Shown here in pieces: positions 10,259 to 19,521 of a DNA stretch of 53,766 bases. The notes beneath the pieces were generated by a model. That model ran no database searches. It was not told where the DNA came from and saw only the letters and a program-made list of their open reading frames with translations. This DNA is from a virus (lineage: Duplodnaviria; Caudoviricetes): IMG/VR virus record IMGVR_UViG_3300018080_000225, positions 1 to 53,766 of that record; one strand, 5' to 3'. Position 1 is the first letter of the stretch, and each line of letters begins with the position of its first letter. A program made the position numbers and the translations under genes.

Positions 10259-11209
10259 TTATCTCCCTGCAACCATCGGCTTGACGACAGTGGTGTCCGT
10301 GCCGGATGAGGTCTTGGTGAACTTGATGCTCTTATCCGCATCAAGCATATCCTTAGGAAATGGCCCCAAGATCCAATCACCGGCTGCTACAGGTATCTGA
10401 TAGTTTGCAAACCAAATCTTCTTTGTAACCCGACTCGATTGATTCCATACAAAACTCAACTTGATCGCATCGCCCGTTACACTTACATACAAAAATGTAT
10501 TGGTCGTTGCATCGGTGATCTCATATGTCGTAGTCTCATATATCGTTGTCGTTCCACTATCCAACGTCATGCCTACTGGTGTGACTTCATCTGCCGCAAT
10601 AGTCGCAGTCATTGAAATGGTAGCTACAATTGGATCTGACAAGAGTACGGCACTTACGTCATCTTCCACATTGACGTAATAAGTGCCTGCATCAGCAGCA
10701 TCCAACGGGTCGATCGTCAATACAGAAGTTGTTGCTCCTGCAATTGCGGTTGCTGTCCCATCTTTCATCCACTGATATGTGTAAGGTGTAATACCATCCG
10801 TTGCTACTACACTAAAGGTAAAAGATGATCCTGCCTGGTAATCGTGTGTTCCACTTGCAGGAGTCGTAGCCAGCGTCATAATCTGAGCCTCAATAGGATC
10901 AGATGTAATTACCGCTGAAACATCATCTGTTACTTCTGCATAATATGTACCAGCATCATCGGTATCAAGAGGATCAATCGTTAAAATGGACGTGGTGGCA
11001 CCGCTTATATAGTTTGCGGTGCCATCCTTCGCCCACTTATAGGTGTACGGGGCCGTTCCACCAGATGCAGTTGCATCAAAGGTGAACGACCCACCATCAG
11101 CATACGCGTAGGTGCCGCTTGTAGGGTTTGTAGCGACCGCAAGAGCCTGAGCAAAAGCTGGTCCTGCGACCATCAAACCTAACATTAATACTACAAACCA
11201 TTTCTTCAC
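10259..11209 (-). CDS. Signal-peptide protein with two tandem Ig-like domains
   Basis: GTG start with GGAGG RBS; MKKWFVVLMLGLMVAGPAFA signal; two repeats of about 88 aa with PYTY.W.KDG and D..DAGTYY; C-terminal part has ILGPF like the downstream paralogs. Confidence 0.75.
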   Translation of the reverse strand: MKKWFVVLMLGLMVAGPAFAQALAVATNPTSGTYAYADGGSFTFDATASGGTAPYTYKWAKDGTANYISGATTSILTIDPLDTDDAGTYYAEVTDDVSAVITSDPIEAQIMTLATTPASGTHDYQAGSSFTFSVVATDGITPYTYQWMKDGTATAIAGATTSVLTIDPLDAADAGTYYVNVEDDVSAVLLSDPIVATISMTATIAADEVTPVGMTLDSGTTTIYETTTYEITDATTNTFLYVSVTGDAIKLSFVWNQSSRVTKKIWFANYQIPVAAGDWILGPFPKDMLDADKSIKFTKTSSGTDTTVVKPMVAGR

Positions 11210-11221
11210 GATGCACCTCCT

Positions 11222-12577
11222 TTACGCGATCAAAACGCCGCCCATGTCTTGATTGAGGGTCTTCACACCACAAAGCGTGTCAAGCGTGATGACGTACTTC
11301 ATAATGCTCATGTTATAGCCGATGGTGACACGCAGCGCAATGTTGCCTGCGGCTGCGAGAGCCGAATTCACGCCAGAACCCTGATCGGCGGGACGCATCG
11401 GACGATTGACCAAGGTAAGCGCATCCTTAATCATTCCCAGATTGTAATTGGCCGGAGGACACGGACCAAGGACCGAACCGGTTACAACGGCGGCATCCAA
11501 CGGGCGGTTCAACGTGATCGCCGTGATGTTTGCGCCATCATCCGTAAGGCCGGTAATCATATACATATTACCTGCGAGGTACACACCTTGGCCAATCTTG
11601 AGGGCTGTCAGGCCCGTCACACCAGCAATTGCGATATCGCCGGAGTAATTGACCGGTAACGTCGAGGCATTACCTGTCAAATAGGACGTGATCGTGGTAA
11701 CAACGGCACCTGCTTCGGTTGCGCTCTGCAACCCCGGCCAAATCTCGATGTCGGTCGTCGGGGCCGCACCGGTAACACCTGTCACCAATTGCGGATGCGC
11801 ATCGCCTGCGATGGTCACAAACGATCCGACGGAGATGTCATCTGTACCACCCGTGGACAAGGCCAAACTGGTCGCGCCCTTGGATTGTGCAGCGGTAACG
11901 GTGAACTCGGTGGCATCCGTCAAGATACCGGGAGCTGCCACTTCCGAAGCCTGATTTGCGACGTACACATCGAAACTACGAGCGCGACCGATCCAACCAT
12001 TCAAGACAGGATCATTGGAGCGCGACGCGGTGTCGTTGAATACATCGATGCCAAGCATGTCATTCTCGGTCGACGGCCCAATGATGAGCTTGCGTTCGTC
12101 GCGAGGAATGAAGTTGCGCGTGAACTTCTCATTCAAATCACGCAGAGCCGCATCACCGACGGGCGTACCAATCGCCCCGGCGGTCGTGCCGAGGAAATTG
12201 TATGCTTCACCCATCAGGATCAAATCGATGCCTTCCGCGATTGCGCGGGCTGCCGGAACCATGAAACGTTCGCGGAGTTCCGGGAATGCCGACTGAATAT
12301 CACGATCATCCAGCTCAAAAGACACGTGTAGGTGCTGATTGAGCTTGACCGTATCGCCTTCGACGATTGCATCCTGAATGACAATCGGGCTACCCTTTTG
12401 TTTCCGCTTGGACTCGAACGTACCGGTCCGATTAATATTGACTACATCCCCGCCACGGGCGAAGAAGCCGTCATAGTCGCGATTCACAAGATTCGCGATC
12501 ACAAGATTTGCATTCAAAATGCGCAGGCTCTCAAAGGCCCACCATTCTGGAATCAATGCATTAATGTCGTTCGCCAT
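11222..12577 (-). CDS. Major capsid protein (P22 coat-like, HK97 fold) with inserted domains
   Basis: LIPEWWA..L..L..NLV...LVNRDY, GDVVNI and C-terminal LDTLCGVKTL patterns; follows the scaffold gene. Confidence 0.85.
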   Translation of the reverse strand: MANDINALIPEWWAFESLRILNANLVIANLVNRDYDGFFARGGDVVNINRTGTFESKRKQKGSPIVIQDAIVEGDTVKLNQHLHVSFELDDRDIQSAFPELRERFMVPAARAIAEGIDLILMGEAYNFLGTTAGAIGTPVGDAALRDLNEKFTRNFIPRDERKLIIGPSTENDMLGIDVFNDTASRSNDPVLNGWIGRARSFDVYVANQASEVAAPGILTDATEFTVTAAQSKGATSLALSTGGTDDISVGSFVTIAGDAHPQLVTGVTGAAPTTDIEIWPGLQSATEAGAVVTTITSYLTGNASTLPVNYSGDIAIAGVTGLTALKIGQGVYLAGNMYMITGLTDDGANITAITLNRPLDAAVVTGSVLGPCPPANYNLGMIKDALTLVNRPMRPADQGSGVNSALAAAGNIALRVTIGYNMSIMKYVITLDTLCGVKTLNQDMGGVLIA

Positions 12578-12583
12578 AACTTA

Positions 12584-13432
12584 CTAACCTCCTATGAGCG
12601 CAGGATTCTTTTCTGCCCACGCACCATATTCTTCTGCTGTCATTTTTGAGAAATCAGGTAGCTCTCCTTTGTCTACCGGACCTTGCCCGTCATTAAAAAG
12701 GCCAGTACCATCGCTTTGAGAGTGACGGAAAAGGTTCTTATGCTTATCCATTTCTGTCATACGCTTCACGGCTTCACCAACCGTAAGATCCAAAGTGACC
12801 GGTTTCTTGGTCTTTGCATCCACGTCCGGGAACGATACACGTACTTCATATTGTCCCGTTGGCTTATCTTCATCAACCATTTCCTTGACTTTGACGCCCC
12901 ACATGCGCATCAATGCTTGGAAATGTTCAGAATCAATACCTTTGTTTTCGCTGACAGCTGATTGAATCTGCACAGTAACCTGTTGATCTTCAAAACGTTG
13001 TTTCCATGTACCAGCTTCATCGGTCAATTTCCCTGTTTCTTCGGCCAATTTCTTCTTTGTCTTATCAAGCTCATGTTCAAGTTTTTGTTGCTGTGTCATG
13101 CCAGCCGTCCGAGTTTCCTCAAGCGATTGGGCTATCTCTTCTTTCTCTTTCTCACTGAGATTCAACCGATTTTGAATGTCTGTGAACTTCTTCATCAAAG
13201 CTTCTTCTTTCTTTTTCGATTCTGCTCGAAGCTCAGACATCTTCTGGTTCATAATCTCTTGTGATACGGTTTTGTCGTCGCCACCACCTCCGGTTCCACC
13301 TCCTTTTTGATCACCTGTACCAGGATCACCGGTTCCGGGATCACCTGAGCCGCCGGAGCCGCCGGTATTCCCATCATCCATAAAAAGCATGTGTCTCATG
13401 TGATTTCGACGTGTCAGAGCATTTATAAACAT
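12584..13432 (-). CDS. Capsid scaffolding protein
   Basis: Gly-rich N-terminus (GDPGTGDPGTGD), long coiled coil, NLF...GTG motif, C-terminal MTAEEY; immediately upstream of the capsid gene. Confidence 0.75.
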   Translation of the reverse strand: MFINALTRRNHMRHMLFMDDGNTGGSGGSGDPGTGDPGTGDQKGGGTGGGGDDKTVSQEIMNQKMSELRAESKKKEEALMKKFTDIQNRLNLSEKEKEEIAQSLEETRTAGMTQQQKLEHELDKTKKKLAEETGKLTDEAGTWKQRFEDQQVTVQIQSAVSENKGIDSEHFQALMRMWGVKVKEMVDEDKPTGQYEVRVSFPDVDAKTKKPVTLDLTVGEAVKRMTEMDKHKNLFRHSQSDGTGLFNDGQGPVDKGELPDFSKMTAEEYGAWAEKNPALIGG

Positions 13433-13452
13433 ATTACCTCCTTCGGGAGTCG

Positions 13453-13914
13453 TTAGTTACCTCGAAACATTACACCTTGCTTAGTATCCGTGAGGTAAGG
13501 GGATAACAGGTTCCATGCAGTTATTGACGGAACTCCATTTGCAAAGTGTGGATCTACTAAATTAGTATCCTTAGATGATTTTAAGGAACCATAATCTTGT
13601 GATGTTTTACTAACATTACGGAACTCGTTTTCAGGGTTAATCCCTGATAAAAGAGCTAATGCAATTTCGCAACAAGCATCACGAATTTCTTGTGGTGTCA
13701 CTGGATCGCTACCCTGTGTCAATACTCTTGGCCAACTTAATACTTGATCTGATATTGCTTTCAATCCTCGAAAACTTAATGTTTCAATGATCTTGGTTGC
13801 ATGTTGCATGGCTGCTTCTTTACGATCAGCTGATGCAGCGTCCCAGGCTTCCGTAAATAACCGTCCCTGGAAATAATAATCACCATCACTCGGAAGACAA
13901 TATGAATTAGCCAT
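13453..13914 (-). CDS. Head-tail adaptor (DnaT-like/gp6-type)
   Basis: Likely start MANSYC at 13914 (GGAGG RBS); NSY...D.YF, AT..I, F.G, Q.L.WPR and P.EI..ACCEIAL motifs. Confidence 0.7.
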   Translation of the reverse strand: MANSYCLPSDGDYYFQGRLFTEAWDAASADRKEAAMQHATKIIETLSFRGLKAISDQVLSWPRVLTQGSDPVTPQEIRDACCEIALALLSGINPENEFRNVSKTSQDYGSLKSSKDTNLVDPHFANGVPSITAWNLLSPYLTDTKQGVMFRGN

Positions 13915-15772
13915 CGTCTGAACCCTCCGGTTGATAATTATCTGGCTTTGCTTTGCCACGTCCTCCCTTATCAAGATAAGGATCTTGGCTTGTATTTTTC
14001 TCGTCTTTTGCGTCTTTTCCTGGTGTACTTCCTTCGTCTGGTACACCACGCGCTGCTGCATTATCAGGTCCTGAGCTTTGTGCTGCTTTGATCCTTGCTA
14101 ATCGATTCGCATGATCTATGGATGCCTTTGCTGCTTCTCCTGGTTCATATCCTCGTGCTTGACTGGCTGTTGAATCACTTACAAAACCTGCTTCATGATC
14201 TTTTTGAAGAATTTCGGGGTCTGCTGTTGGTGCTTTGGCTTGATCAATTTCTTTATCAAACTTATCAAGATCTTTGATTGGGAGTTTTGATCCATAAAGA
14301 ATACGAACAATGTCCTTTTGTACTTTTTTCTGAAATGATCTTGATGTAACGGCTGTCTGCAATTTCCGCATCTCTTCTGCATCTTTGCGCCGTTCATCGT
14401 CAGTTTTCAAACTATACTCTTCAGGATAATCAACTTTCGTTAGATCCTGCTTACCTTCATATTCGTGCCATGCACGTACCACAAATAACTCTGCGGTATA
14501 TAGCTCCAGGCCAATAAAAGCTAATCCTGCTTCTAGCCCTTCATTATCTTTTGCCTTAGATTCTGCCGAAGCCATTTTTGCTTGCATATTTGATATCGCC
14601 AAATGCACCAATTGTCGAATCTCGAACTTGAGCTGTTCTTCTTTCTCAATTGAGGCACGGAGAGGTTCCGAAGACGGGTGAATGAATGCGGGTCTCTCCG
14701 TGCCTTTTGGGTAGCGACGGCCCGTCGAAGGGCCGACAGTAATTTCGGCGGCATCATTCTGCGGTCTACGTGGCTCTTGTGCTTGAAATACGGACTGTAC
14801 TTGCGTTTCTGCAATGACTTCATCCTCTGTTGTGAGAGTTCCTTCAAAGCCTGGAGGTGGCTCAAAATCATTGGCTTGCTCTGGCCGCTTCTTTAAGAAT
14901 TGTTGTTCAAATGGATCGTATTGTTCAACGTATATAATAAAATTAGCTGCCCATGTATACCAAACATCTGAACTTGCAAGATTCAAATGTGCTATCTGGT
15001 AATCTGCTGCATCTTGCAGCAAGCTCTCATCGATATCTGCCATGTAAAACGGGATATGTTTCAAATTCAAACGTTTTGTTGAAACTTTTGTACCGTTTGG
15101 CCCATCAAAGACATTTTTCTCAACACCTGCTTCATCATATATTGTAACTTGAACCCCATCTTCAACCTTCTTATAAAGACGATACCGTGGTTTTACATCT
15201 TTTGGTAATCCATTGGCATCAACTTCCGGGTATGTGTCACGAAGCAACAATGCAGTATAATATTCTGGCCTATTAGGATCAACAGCCCAGTTCAAAATGT
15301 CCTCTGCTTTGTAAATATAACAATAAGGATGTCCTTGTACATCTGCTCTAGTTGGCCCTTTGATCGGTGCATTATCAATAAATACACCTACTCGACCCAT
15401 AAATAACAACTCTTCAAGGATCTTACGACCCATGAAACTTGTCATCGAGCTGCCTTCACCGTCAATCCCACCTTCTTCACCTTTTGCACATGTCAAGTAA
15501 GTCTTGGAACCACCTTCACGCGATACATCATGCATTCTCAAGAATAGGGCATGTACAACTTCAAGAACTGCCTCTTTTGCAAACCCAGGATTATATGTGA
15601 TGCTTTTGCGGGTCGCAAAAACCGTAGGATCTTCTCGTTCATGCTTCTTGAGATAATTCTCGATGAACGTACGACCGCCTTTCTTCACCAATCGAAACTT
15701 CCGATACTCAATATCGTTGTAAGAAGGGTGTCGAGATAAGATCACACTATCTTTGAGTTGCTGATCAGCCAT
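13907..15772 (-). CDS. Portal protein
   Basis: 621 aa after terL; HP.Y, YL.KH.RE, GRVGVFID, I.NW, IPF and SAESK..D motifs. Confidence 0.85.
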   Translation of the reverse strand: MADQQLKDSVILSRHPSYNDIEYRKFRLVKKGGRTFIENYLKKHEREDPTVFATRKSITYNPGFAKEAVLEVVHALFLRMHDVSREGGSKTYLTCAKGEEGGIDGEGSSMTSFMGRKILEELLFMGRVGVFIDNAPIKGPTRADVQGHPYCYIYKAEDILNWAVDPNRPEYYTALLLRDTYPEVDANGLPKDVKPRYRLYKKVEDGVQVTIYDEAGVEKNVFDGPNGTKVSTKRLNLKHIPFYMADIDESLLQDAADYQIAHLNLASSDVWYTWAANFIIYVEQYDPFEQQFLKKRPEQANDFEPPPGFEGTLTTEDEVIAETQVQSVFQAQEPRRPQNDAAEITVGPSTGRRYPKGTERPAFIHPSSEPLRASIEKEEQLKFEIRQLVHLAISNMQAKMASAESKAKDNEGLEAGLAFIGLELYTAELFVVRAWHEYEGKQDLTKVDYPEEYSLKTDDERRKDAEEMRKLQTAVTSRSFQKKVQKDIVRILYGSKLPIKDLDKFDKEIDQAKAPTADPEILQKDHEAGFVSDSTASQARGYEPGEAAKASIDHANRLARIKAAQSSGPDNAAARGVPDEGSTPGKDAKDEKNTSQDPYLDKGGRGKAKPDNYQPEGSDDG

Positions 15773-16065
15773 TATTCGTCCTCGTCATCCTCACCGTCTT
15801 CGGCGGCTGCTCGTTCCGCCAGTTTTTGTTGACGTAACTCTTCGATCCGCTTCTGTCGTGCCACATCGGGGCACATATCGGGGATATCGTTTTGTCCGTC
15901 GGTCTTCTCGGATTCCTTGATATTATTGCCCTCATCCCGATTGATCTCGGCTGACATCGGTGCTGTTACAGGTTTCGGTGCTTTGTTTTGCAGTTCGACT
16001 GCTTGAATTCGTGATGCCGCTTCCTTGAAGGTCTCGGCTGATCCGCCTCTACGTCCCATTTTCAT
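15772..16065 (-). CDS. Hypothetical charged protein
   Basis: AAGGAG RBS; TAATG-coupled to the portal gene. Confidence 0.6.
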   Translation of the reverse strand: MKMGRRGGSAETFKEAASRIQAVELQNKAPKPVTAPMSAEINRDEGNNIKESEKTDGQNDIPDMCPDVARQKRIEELRQQKLAERAAAEDGEDDEDE

Positions 16066-16082
16066 TCTCCTTTTCTTAGTTA

Positions 16083-17771
16083 TTACACCACTTTTTCTGT
16101 CATATTGATGATCGCGGTCCCGCGTTTGAACGCCAACGGGAGCGCAATTTCTGCATAATTTCGAGCGTGGCCAAAATGATCGCGACCAGCAGCCTTGTAA
16201 AAGCTCTGTGTTTCACCCTTTGCATCCTTTGCATACACACGTACCAACGCTTTAACATGATTTTTATACTCCTGTGGAATGTCCTTTGGGATATAAATTG
16301 AACCATTTATGAACCTTCCAAGTGACTGATCTAACCACACAGTACGATTAACCGTAATACGTTCACCATAATCCAAAATTTCTCGGGCATTTGCATTCTG
16401 CCCATAGTGACATAACGAAACTAAGCCCTGCGGGAATTGACGCGCAAATTTGAGTGCCGCGCGGGTATCTGGCATGTCATCAATCACGATTTTGGCTGGT
16501 TTGTAGTGTATAATCAGAGGTATTGCATCTTCAAACTCCTTGATCTTACCTACCTTTAGTACTCTAGCCTTAGCCATGAAATTAATGTCAGTCGATGGTA
16601 CAGCCTTATTAATCATGTACTGTACAATTTCATAGTGGCAATCACCACCGACATCAATACCCATTGTCGTGATATAATCTTGATTCACATAACGTGGATC
16701 ACCCATTACATAGTCACGTAAAGCACCATTAATGTGCTCGTCGGTCACGGCTGCATTAGCTACAATATGGGCCATACCCATTTTCGAGTTCCAAAACTCT
16801 TGCTCATCAGCAGCATCAATCAGACTTTTCAAATAAGCCATGGCTAATTCAACGGGCTGACCTGCTTTTGCCATGGAATACAGCTGATTAATGTAGAATC
16901 CTGCAATCTCACTGTCAGAATTCATCGGCTCCCACCAACCATCACGCAAAAATTCAACTTTTTCTTTATGCTCAAGCATCCCTTTGCATTCCTTGCAAAT
17001 CAAATGCGAGCCTTTGATCTTCGGATCAGTAATAGACTCGGCTGTTACAACCAAGCAATCCGGAAAAATCAGCTCCGTAGAACGACTACAACGCGGGCAT
17101 TTGAACATGAAATGCCGTTGGTCCGAAAGATTATACTCCTTATCTATACCAGCATTAGGCACCATCGGCGTCGAAATCAGCCATAACATAGTCAAAAGTT
17201 GGCCGCTCATACGCTCCGTAACTAAAGGGAGCACGCCTTCCGCAAATTCTTCAAATTCGTCAAGAATAACAACCCCTGCGGGGATTGATTTCATTGCTGA
17301 TCTTGACCTCGATCCGCGAATATATAAGTTATTCATTCCCGCGCGCTTATGTCCCACGTTCTTTACATTACTGAACATACGCGCGATATATTTGGAGGCT
17401 TCGAGAGCCGTATCAAACCGAGCAGCCGAAAAGTCGGTCGCATCTGGCTTGGTATTTGGTAAAACGTACAATACATCTTGGTGCATTTGATCGAGCGCAT
17501 GAAACGTTACGTTAAGCATCGTTTCCGAATAACCCATTTGAGCGGCTTTTTTACCAACATTTTTAGCAGCCTTTGACTTATGCATATCGCGAGTCCAAGG
17601 ATGATGATCGAACGAAAAAGGTCCAGCGAAAGGTGAACCCATTACCCGGTAACGGAGTGCCCATTTATCACCGTCCGACGCCAAAGAAGCGTGCAAACCC
17701 TCAGCTATGGTCGCTATGAAGGCTGCTTGCAGCTTTTGGTTTGAGAACCCTGACCTGGGTACTGTTATCAT
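16083..17771 (-). CDS. Terminase large subunit (lambda gpA-like)
   Basis: KAAQMGYS Walker A, VVILDEFE Walker B, ISTP, CPRC/CKEC Zn ribbon, GIDVG and DHFGHA nuclease motifs. Confidence 0.92.
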   Translation of the reverse strand: MITVPRSGFSNQKLQAAFIATIAEGLHASLASDGDKWALRYRVMGSPFAGPFSFDHHPWTRDMHKSKAAKNVGKKAAQMGYSETMLNVTFHALDQMHQDVLYVLPNTKPDATDFSAARFDTALEASKYIARMFSNVKNVGHKRAGMNNLYIRGSRSRSAMKSIPAGVVILDEFEEFAEGVLPLVTERMSGQLLTMLWLISTPMVPNAGIDKEYNLSDQRHFMFKCPRCSRSTELIFPDCLVVTAESITDPKIKGSHLICKECKGMLEHKEKVEFLRDGWWEPMNSDSEIAGFYINQLYSMAKAGQPVELAMAYLKSLIDAADEQEFWNSKMGMAHIVANAAVTDEHINGALRDYVMGDPRYVNQDYITTMGIDVGGDCHYEIVQYMINKAVPSTDINFMAKARVLKVGKIKEFEDAIPLIIHYKPAKIVIDDMPDTRAALKFARQFPQGLVSLCHYGQNANAREILDYGERITVNRTVWLDQSLGRFINGSIYIPKDIPQEYKNHVKALVRVYAKDAKGETQSFYKAAGRDHFGHARNYAEIALPLAFKRGTAIINMTEKVV

Positions 17772-17864
17772 GAACCTTACCTTCCAGTTCTTTCATCGTT
17801 TCCTTGGCATCTTCGACCTGCTTTTTAATGGCAGGTGAGCCATTCAAATAACTGATAAATGACA

Positions 17865-18293
17865 TTAATAGTTCAAAGCCCTTGTCACCACAACCATCCG
17901 CCAGGTAATTGCACCTGGGTTACTCCACTCGACCTTTAACTTACCTTGAGGATAAATTGTGAGTTCATAATCCAATATAACACCGACGCTACTTGCGTCA
18001 GCTGCATATGTCAATAAAACCCCACCCCAGTCTTCCCCACGCGACGGAATCAGCACAAGATCAACGTCATTAGCTCCATCATCATTCGGGAATGACACCA
18101 ATGCATAATGAAACATCGTAGTTCTTTGAAGGCCGCGAATTGTTTCGCAAGGTATTTCCACGGCAATATCCCCTGTGCCAGTGAAATATCGCTCCTTGAT
18201 TTGGGCTTGATCATCCTGTGCTTCGACCGGTCCATAGCTCAAAAGACACAAACAACCGATGAATCCAATTACAAAAAGTACCAAATTACGCAT
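17865..18293 (-). CDS. Hypothetical protein with N-terminal signal peptide
   Basis: MRNLVLFVIGFIGCLCLLSYGPVEA leader followed by a beta-rich domain. Confidence 0.6.
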   Translation of the reverse strand: MRNLVLFVIGFIGCLCLLSYGPVEAQDDQAQIKERYFTGTGDIAVEIPCETIRGLQRTTMFHYALVSFPNDDGANDVDLVLIPSRGEDWGGVLLTYAADASSVGVILDYELTIYPQGKLKVEWSNPGAITWRMVVVTRALNY

Positions 18294-18297
18294 TAGC

Positions 18298-18849
18298 TTA
18301 ACTCTCCTCTTCCGATGGATTTTGCATGATCGTCTCGAACTGTTGTGCGATTTGCTCTATCGCATCGGGGTCCTTGACGTACTGTATCACCACATTGAAA
18401 AACGCTTGAGCCATGGCAATTACCTGACCAAGCGATAATAGATCATTCATATGCTTTTCGAGCTTCATGTTACTTGTCAAAGTCTTATCGATACTTGAGA
18501 TCAAATTACTGATCGCGGCGCTATTGGTAACTAGCTCGAAATTATCCGTGCACTTATTAATCAATGTTTCCAAAGTCATACGGAGCACACCTAACTCAGT
18601 TGTTAATTTCATCGAATCGGGATGTGATCGGAATGCTTCAAGGCGGTGTAGAACTTCGGTACGCGAAAACTGATAGAGCGTTTCGTCATTGTTCTTACGC
18701 ACCGAATGATTCCCATGGATCGGACAATATTGGGTCGGTGGTACAGCGAGAAATGGGCATTGGCCATTTTCAGTTGAGCCTTGACACCGATTTGGGTCAT
18801 TCTCTTTGCACCTTACAGGCGTATATTTGTGATCTTGTTGCACAGACAA
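18298..18849 (-). CDS. Probable terminase small subunit
   Basis: RCQG...GQC...YCPIHG Cys/His motif and L..ELGVLR helix; first gene of the packaging operon; TTG start after AAGGA. Confidence 0.65.
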   Translation of the reverse strand: MSVQQDHKYTPVRCKENDPNRCQGSTENGQCPFLAVPPTQYCPIHGNHSVRKNNDETLYQFSRTEVLHRLEAFRSHPDSMKLTTELGVLRMTLETLINKCTDNFELVTNSAAISNLISSIDKTLTSNMKLEKHMNDLLSLGQVIAMAQAFFNVVIQYVKDPDAIEQIAQQFETIMQNPSEEES

Positions 18850-18870
18850 TTTCCTTTCTTCCTACATTTT

Positions 18871-18899
18871 ATTATAGCAGTTATTTTGATCATTGTTAA
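18871..18899 (-). promoter_or_regulatory. Sigma70-like promoter of the packaging operon
   Basis: TTAACA-17 nt-TATAAT with extended TGn. Confidence 0.6.
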
Positions 18900-18953
18900 C
18901 GTCGAGATCATATGGTATATTATTTTTACCATGACATTTCTACGTTAACAATG
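18891..18953. repeat. Imperfect inverted repeat, arms about 27 bp
   Basis: CATTGTTAACGT...ACGTTAACAATG with the outer 12 bp perfect. Confidence 0.8.
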
Positions 18954-18961
18954 GTAAATGG

Positions 18962-19071
18962 TCTACTACTTACTACTACAATTCATTTTGAGGTTATTAC
19001 CCCTAAGCCCTATTTCAGATTTTCTATTAGGGGTACAAACCCTAAAATGAATTGTAGTAGTAAGTAGTAGA
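18962..19071. repeat. Long inverted repeat, 45 bp arms (41/45), 20 nt spacer
   Basis: TCTACTACTTACTACTACAATTCATTTT (28 bp perfect) at 18962; reverse-complement arm at 19027-19071. Confidence 0.95.
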
Positions 19072-19462
19072 ACTGTTTCAAAATGAAACACCTGTATTAT
19101 ACGATCATGATTTGATAGTGTGTTTTGCTGTGATTTGATAGTGCTTCTAAGATCAAGGTACTTGACAAGATCATTTTGAGACTTATGGCTTTTGTAGTAC
19201 GATCACGTCGAAATGGCTTATTTTACCGATGGATGCTGTTGAGAAGTACGGTATTTAGGAGCCACGCCAAATTGATTGAAAATGCGAATTTATGTGGCCG
19301 GAGAAACCCTCCCAGGTCTGACACTTACCACTATTATTCAATCCGCGAATCCTAGTGCTCAATTTCGGATTCTAAAATAACCCTCCCTGTAATCAATTCT
19401 TAATAATAGGTGATTCGCATTGTAACATTGCAAGTCACCGGCCTATTATGACTAAGCACGGC

Positions 19463-19498
19463 AAAACCCCGAATGCATCCGGGAGATACATTCGGGGC
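19463..19498 (-). terminator. Intrinsic terminator
   Basis: GCCCCGAATGTAT/ATGCATTCGGGG stem followed by TTTT, downstream of 19522-20721. Confidence 0.7.
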
Positions 19499-19521
19499 TT
19501 GTAATCTTACAAGATCAGGGA

